Assembly (NCBI GenBank): GCA_027923505.1
Contig: BROI01000021.1
Coordinates: 620,001-669,208 of the forward strand
Direction: 5' to 3'
DNA length: 49,208 bases
Origin: Mayamaea pseudoterrestris
Taxonomy: Eukaryota
The notes under the pieces were generated by a model. It saw only the letters and a list, made by a program, of their open reading frames with translations. It did no database searches and was not told the DNA's origin. This document shows positions 43,348 to 49,208 of the stretch, piece by piece (positions within the stretch are counted from its first letter, which is position 1; every line of letters starts with the position of its first letter). The position numbers and the translations under genes are program-made.

Positions 43348-44446
43348 GGTGAACGACTGAGCCAAAGACAGATCAAACGATGCAAGCGGGCACTAAGCAG
43401 AGTCACGTTGTCCTTGGATTTCGTAGGTTCGCGGTGAAAGTTAGTAACGCGGTAAGTTTATTGATCGTGCGACAGAATGACGTTTTCATATGTTTGTTTG
43501 GCGATTCGTGCCGTCCGTCACACAGTCAGCACAGTCACACATTTGTACCGACGAAACATTCGATGCAGGTACTCGTATCTTCCGGTACATGCCGTTCATT
43601 GTAGTCCATCCATCAAACGCTTTGTCGCCTACGACAACACCGAACCCTTCCGAACGTCGAAACCGATCATGATGGGGAGAAAAGTTTGCAGCGAGCATTC
43701 ATAATTCATATTCGTCAGTCGTCTCCGACCACAACATGCTATCCTTTCAATTGGCGTGATGGAGCTCGTTATTCTGTTATCCTGGACATTGGATATATTA
43801 TCATTCAAGCTAAATTAAATCACGCACTCTGACGGGGGTAAGATTCAGAGCAATTTTCATATCAACCCAAAGAATAAGCAACAAACCATGAACCATGATC
43901 GAGCAGTAGTCAGCAATCGTTACGTTACTTTAAAATTGACGACTTCTTTGTAGTCCAATAATGGTGTTTCTTGGCGGTCAGACGAATACCGCTAGTCAAA
44001 ATGCTGTACCGGATCGCCTTTGCTAGATTGGCTAAAGGCTCGTTTAGTCAGCCATGACTACCGGTACAAGTAGCTTTCGAGCATCGATACTACGGTACTG
44101 TACGCCTAAACCATATCAAACCTTACGAACAAAGGAAGTTTGATAACTCATGAACCCGCAGATAGAGCAGTGCATGATATGGTCGTGGTCAACCCCTCGG
44201 AAGAGGCGTCATGTCGGCTATTCGCAGCACAGATTTTCCAAGCAATATGTTGCCCAATAATCACTAGTCTGCATCAACTCCCTTCTCTTGCACAAATAGA
44301 TTCAACTCAACTGTGGTCGATAGTGACGAAAGTCTTACAATACCGTCATCGCGGCATTAGACAGTAAGCTAAGTTTATCTAGCAAAGCTATTCCAGAGTG
44401 TCTCGGTTTTGACATGTTGCTAGTAAACTCTAACACATAGCAACGC

Positions 44447-45480
44447 TTACTTACTGGCAACTGCGATTGGCTGTCTTCTTCTTTGGTGCCGCTGTTGATG
44501 CCTTGGAAGCGAGCGAGAGTAAGCAAATGTTCCAACAATGGCGATAGCCGATCCAAGGACAGTGTTTCGTTCCATGGCTTCGTGAAAACAACGGCCGAGA
44601 AGAACAATGATAATGACGCGTTTGGCTGTATTTAATACAGAACGATACAGCGCCAACCTGTGCAGTAAAGCCAAAGCCAAACTCGTTGTAGATGTAGAAG
44701 CAAAGCCACTAAGCACAATGTTGTAGACAAGCGTATAAGTCCCATGCTTTGCGACGGCAGCGTTCCACTCGGCCGGCAAAGTTGACATTTCCGTGATGGC
44801 GACCATGGGGACCGTGCATATAAAGGAAATGATATTCGTGACAGCATACACCTGTTTGGGCCGTTTGTTAGGAGGATTGATGGGCGAAAGGACCATCATT
44901 GATCTTGGAACTGATCGTTATTTGCCCACATTGGCGGCATCCATGTTCTTATTTTTTTTGTCACCCTTGAGTGCCTTGGTGACAGATCCTCCAAGCTTTC
45001 CCTTTAAAGCAGCCGCCAACGTTGCCGCCATAGAAGCATATGCAAAAGCAGTGTAGTTGATGTTCACTCCCTTGCCTTCTGACAGATGCGAGTTTACAAT
45101 CTCCGACAATGGGCAGCAACATGAGGTGCGCAAGCATCGGGCTTGATATCGGCAGGCGGAATACATAACTCCAACAACCGCAGCAAATACAGGCTCATGC
45201 CGACAAGAAAAACTGACGGCACCGACAGCCGACGCCAGACGGACCCAGCATGCGCCAAAGCCGCAAAAGCCCGATGGGAATGCACGAGGCAATGTCCTGC
45301 GCTGTCAAACTGAGCCTCCAGTGACTCCACATGACGAGTGACCAGACGATACCAACCACTAACTACAGCGGCAAGAAACCACGCATGAAGCTTACTACGC
45401 CTTCTTTGTTAAAATGTGTTGCAGAATCGTGTTGTCGGTACGCCAAGCCCACCAAGAGGAGCGCCGAAGGAGGAATGTTG
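44447..45480 (-). pseudogene. Triose-phosphate/phosphate translocator-family gene with many indels (pseudogene or low-quality consensus)
   Basis: Fragments in shifting frames: AHAGSV, GAVSF, EPVFAAVVG, AFAYASMA..AALKGKL, LSGF, SVLNTAKRVIII and GSAIAIVGTFAYS. A GT-AG intron is retained at 44929-44852. Confidence 0.75.
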
Positions 45481-46015
45481 TTGCCACCAACAAATACGGA
45501 CACAGATGACGATACGCAACACAAATAATAAGTCGGCTACATCTATATATTGATGTCGTCCGTTGGCCGTTGATCATTGCCGAAGAAATGTTTCTGTAGC
45601 AAATAAACATTCCATAAACGCTCTTCCGCGACGACGTGTCATCACGCATTTATTTATGCACTTACAAGCTTGAGATCTGATTAGCTAATGACGCAGATAG
45701 ACAATTTATAATGTGTTAGCCAGCTTATCAAAATCAGCGCGGCAGTTGAACTGTGCAGACAGATCAAAGCAACCGACGGCACCCGTGGCGGCCACGCACC
45801 ACATCTGTTGGCGCAGATAACCCGTCCGTCGTTTTGCTAGTCACAGTGTATTGACAATGCAATACATTATCGGCGCAAAACTGGAGAAATACTCGTACTT
45901 ACAGTTAGCATATAGAGGAATATACTGCAATGCGTACAGCATTAGCAGGAAGAAAGCGTAATTCAGATTAACGTCGCCGTCGCCAAATGTCACCACTGAA
46001 TATCACGAACGCGAT

Positions 46016-47190
46016 CTAGAGCGCCGCGCTGTCCATCATGAACGAATCAAGAAAGTCTTGTTCCATTTCGCCAAACTCGCTCTGCAACATACGCTCATAT
46101 ACAGCACTGTAATAAATTCGACGGCCAAAATTGAGCTTAGTAAATGTGCTGCTAGACATCGCGGAAGATTCACCTAACTCCCGCATGTATAAGTAGTCCC
46201 GGATTTTCCCTCATTATCCATCTCCTCATCGTTATCGTGCCACGTGAGAGCTACGGACTGCTTTAGTCTCTGAAAATCTTCGTCTTCAAAGCTCCAGATG
46301 GTCCGACAATGCAATTCGATCCATAATATTACTGAAATGGGCATCCTTAATCAACAGCAGCTCTACAGGTTGATCAACATTATCATTTCTGGGATTATCA
46401 CAGTTTATCCAAATCCAAAGCGAGTCTTCCAAAGAAGTACCATCTCATCCTTTGCTGGCGATGACTCATTTCACTCAGCAACTTTCATGTCCAGCCGCAA
46501 CGATTTTTAGATTGTCTGACTGTTGCTAAATGAAAATTGACCTGATTTGGCCCAGTTGATAGTAGTTGAGTCATGTTTCGTCCTGCGTCAATGAAAAGAG
46601 CCTCATTGCTCGAGCTGTACGTCGCCTTTGCGTCTCGTTTGCTCCCGCGGCGCATTCTCACCTTTCCGCTGTTAGATTAACGTGCTGTTGCCGATCGTCA
46701 ACATGCAACAAGTTACGTCAAATCATACGGCTATCGTAAATGTATTGCATGCCATTCTATCAAAGTGACGATTTGGAAAATCGTTTTCACCAAAGCGCAG
46801 ATGGCATGTGGCAAACAAGGACGCATCCACCGTCGCGTTCAAGGAAGTGCCGTCAATCCATGATGATTTCAAAGTTTGCTCCACCAGATCATCCCCGTAA
46901 GAGACTATGGCGGCGGCCCAGTTGTTGTAAAAGTTGATGAGCGCGGCGAGCCAGTTGCACGCCGTAAAAACAGGAGCGAAAGGCACCATCGTCACCAGCA
47001 GTCGTATCAACCGCTTGAGACAATGCTGATAGTAGTACTTTCCCCATTTCTTGGCTTCAACTCTAAAACCTATCCAGCACCAAGAGTCAACTGCCACGAT
47101 GCAAGCGTCATATATCCAGCAGCAGATATCGCTTCCAATGCCATCCATATCGTCGCTACCAGGATCATTCGTGAAAGTTGAATGCAAATA
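46016..47190 (-). other. Degraded coding-like segment, product unrecognised
   Basis: Protein-like fragments (RDYLYMRELGESS..EQDFLDSFMMDSAAL*, and the 46723-47187 ORF) in discontinuous frames. Confidence 0.3.
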
Positions 47191-49208
47191 GTTTCAACAA
47201 CTCATTAGCGCAGCCCCGGTGGTGCGCTCTTTGCATAGTCGGATTATGATAACGTCCGAGTGGCGTCGGAGATTCAGTTCAAAACGGTGATCGGTAGTCG
47301 ACGCCATGCGCGTCAATCGATCCGCTTCCTGCGCAAGACTCGAAGACTCCTTTTGGCTGTGTCGATTCGGACGACGATTGCAATTGCTTCCCTGACTGTA
47401 AATCGCGAGTCGTCGTTGAAACACCCGAAGTTGCGAGGAAGAGGACCATGTCGATTGACAAATGTATCGTCGCCAAGGCTCTTGTAATACAGATCCCAGC
47501 AGGAAGATAGTGATGAAAGGGCATTGCTCTTATGGAAAATGTAACAATGTTAAAGAGAATTGTGAGAGAAGGCTTCGGTCGAAAGCTGTTCGAAACGAAG
47601 CGCGGCAAGATTCATGGTGCGGCGCGCCACAAAACCAGATGAAGACTTTAATTGACGAATATGACGTCATTGCCACGTAGATCGTATTGCCCGGTCTGTG
47701 CGCCAAGCGTCATCACAGGCGCACAGGCGCACAGGCTCACACACCGCCAACTTTCCACCTGGAATGTACAGTACCTATTCTGTCACCATGACTGATTTGG
47801 AAAGCGACGAAAGCTCATTGGAAGACATGAACTACACAAGACTCCCTTTGCGAACGACTAGGGGAAAAGAAACAACTCGAAGACGAAGACACTCGCTTAG
47901 ATTTGTGCATCGCCGAAAACAATGAGCGCTTGGGCAACGATCACGGCTCACCGACCAGTGGAGCATAAAGATATGAACGAAGATCGATATGGTCTCAGAA
48001 GTTGCTCCAATCAAACACTAAAGCTGTAAATAGAGAACTCGAAGGCCTTTGCGGACTATACATCATAATGCTCTTGCCGATGACGAGCTCAAGGCATATA
48101 GAAGCCATTCAGACATGTCAACATGAGCGATACGGGAAACGGAACGATGATTCAATATGATCCGGCGCGAGCGACGAATGACACCGCTATTTGTGACAAC
48201 GGACGAGGCGATTGCCGCACTACAGCAACAATCAACCAACATGCAGCAGGAGACCAGCATGGGATATTGATGGTTTAACGCGAAAGAAATGACATGGCTG
48301 CGCCGATTGGATGATGTACTTGCTGAAGGCGAGGGGTAAGCCCTTATTGCTCTTGCAAGTCGGTCGACTCGCCGAGGTCGTCCAGGCGACCGACGACAGC
48401 AGGGCGGGCTTGAAAGTGTCTGTTCGTGGCTTTTGTTCGGCGCTTAGTCTACTTCAGAAAATCAACTTGCCGAAGCGTCAAAACAAGCACTGATAGAAAT
48501 TATTCAAATGGACTGCTTCCCTTCAAATTGCTGGTTCAAGTCATGGCCTGGCATTGCTCGACGTTCACCGTGTGATCGATCTCATTCAAAACACACCGAC
48601 GAGAAAGAGAATAAGCTGCGTTGACTTTATATGCAATGTTAGTGGACTCGAGCATTTGCTATCACTGACAGCGGACTCGCGTGATGGAAAGATAAGTCTC
48701 GATCCAGCCATTGCAATGATGATCACGACAACTCTTTTTGCGATTGTCATTAGATGAGTTGATACTTGACTTCCAGTCGAACACATCCACAACATTCTCT
48801 TGACCCTGACGAGTGGAATGAAGGAAATGGATGGAGCAGCTATGGCGTTGATCAAGACGACTGCCGAGGTATTTCGAAATGACACCGTTGGACAGGTGCT
48901 CAACACGAATTATCCGATGCACAGGGCATCCACCAGTCAGCGCGATGATCGAGCTCACACCAGTCTCCACCGGCTTGCTGAAGGTTCATCTGCTTGCCAA
49001 AGCGTTTGAGTGTTCTATTATTCCCGAGTGGCGCACCCATCGGGTCTGAAACACCGGCCAACCTTTTGACAAAACGTGGGACAAAATCTGAATCGCGTCC
49101 GATAAGAAGAGTTGTCGGTTCTGTCTGTGGCCTGACTGTCATTGACATTTTGCGAAGACACCGGCGATCTGCGACGATTACGCTGCCTGCGCGCTTCTCC
49201 TTCTTGCT

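Noticed and set aside
43380..44400. Several short ORFs after RPS24
   Set aside because: All are under 80 aa with no recognisable motif, at the edge of the degraded region.
1..49208. Transposons, tRNA or rRNA genes, viral insertions
   Set aside because: By eye I found no transposase, RT or integrase motifs, no LTRs, no tRNA cloverleaf and no rRNA signature.

Overview
Gene-dense eukaryotic nuclear DNA from a diatom, probably pennate. The evidence is short GT-AG introns, bipartite signal+F-type plastid presequences, a DUF6824-type gene and a PyShell-type gene. About 22 intact protein genes lie between 1 and 43.4 kb, including NAA15, UAP1, NDK, ELP6, Rheb, RIC1, plastid GyrB, PUF6, a TRF4-like polymerase, a PhyH-type dioxygenase, Fes1 and RPS24. 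After about 43.7 kb the coding sequence is full of indels, including a broken triose-phosphate translocator, which suggests low-quality consensus or decay. The most interesting element is at 7.46-12.64 kb. There a PyShell-type pyrenoid shell gene sits head-to-head with a ~1116-aa, probably plastid-targeted, low-complexity protein made of ~17 sticker-and-spacer repeats. The two genes share a ~550-bp promoter containing CCRE-like (TGACGY/RCGTCA) motifs, and both proteins carry an SYLSSL motif near the N-terminus. This is a candidate co-regulated pyrenoid shell plus linker module. Also noted: two candidate structured ncRNAs, an 18-nt microexon and an Fe/2OG enzyme with a halogenase-like HxG site. 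All family assignments come from motif recognition; no database search was run.
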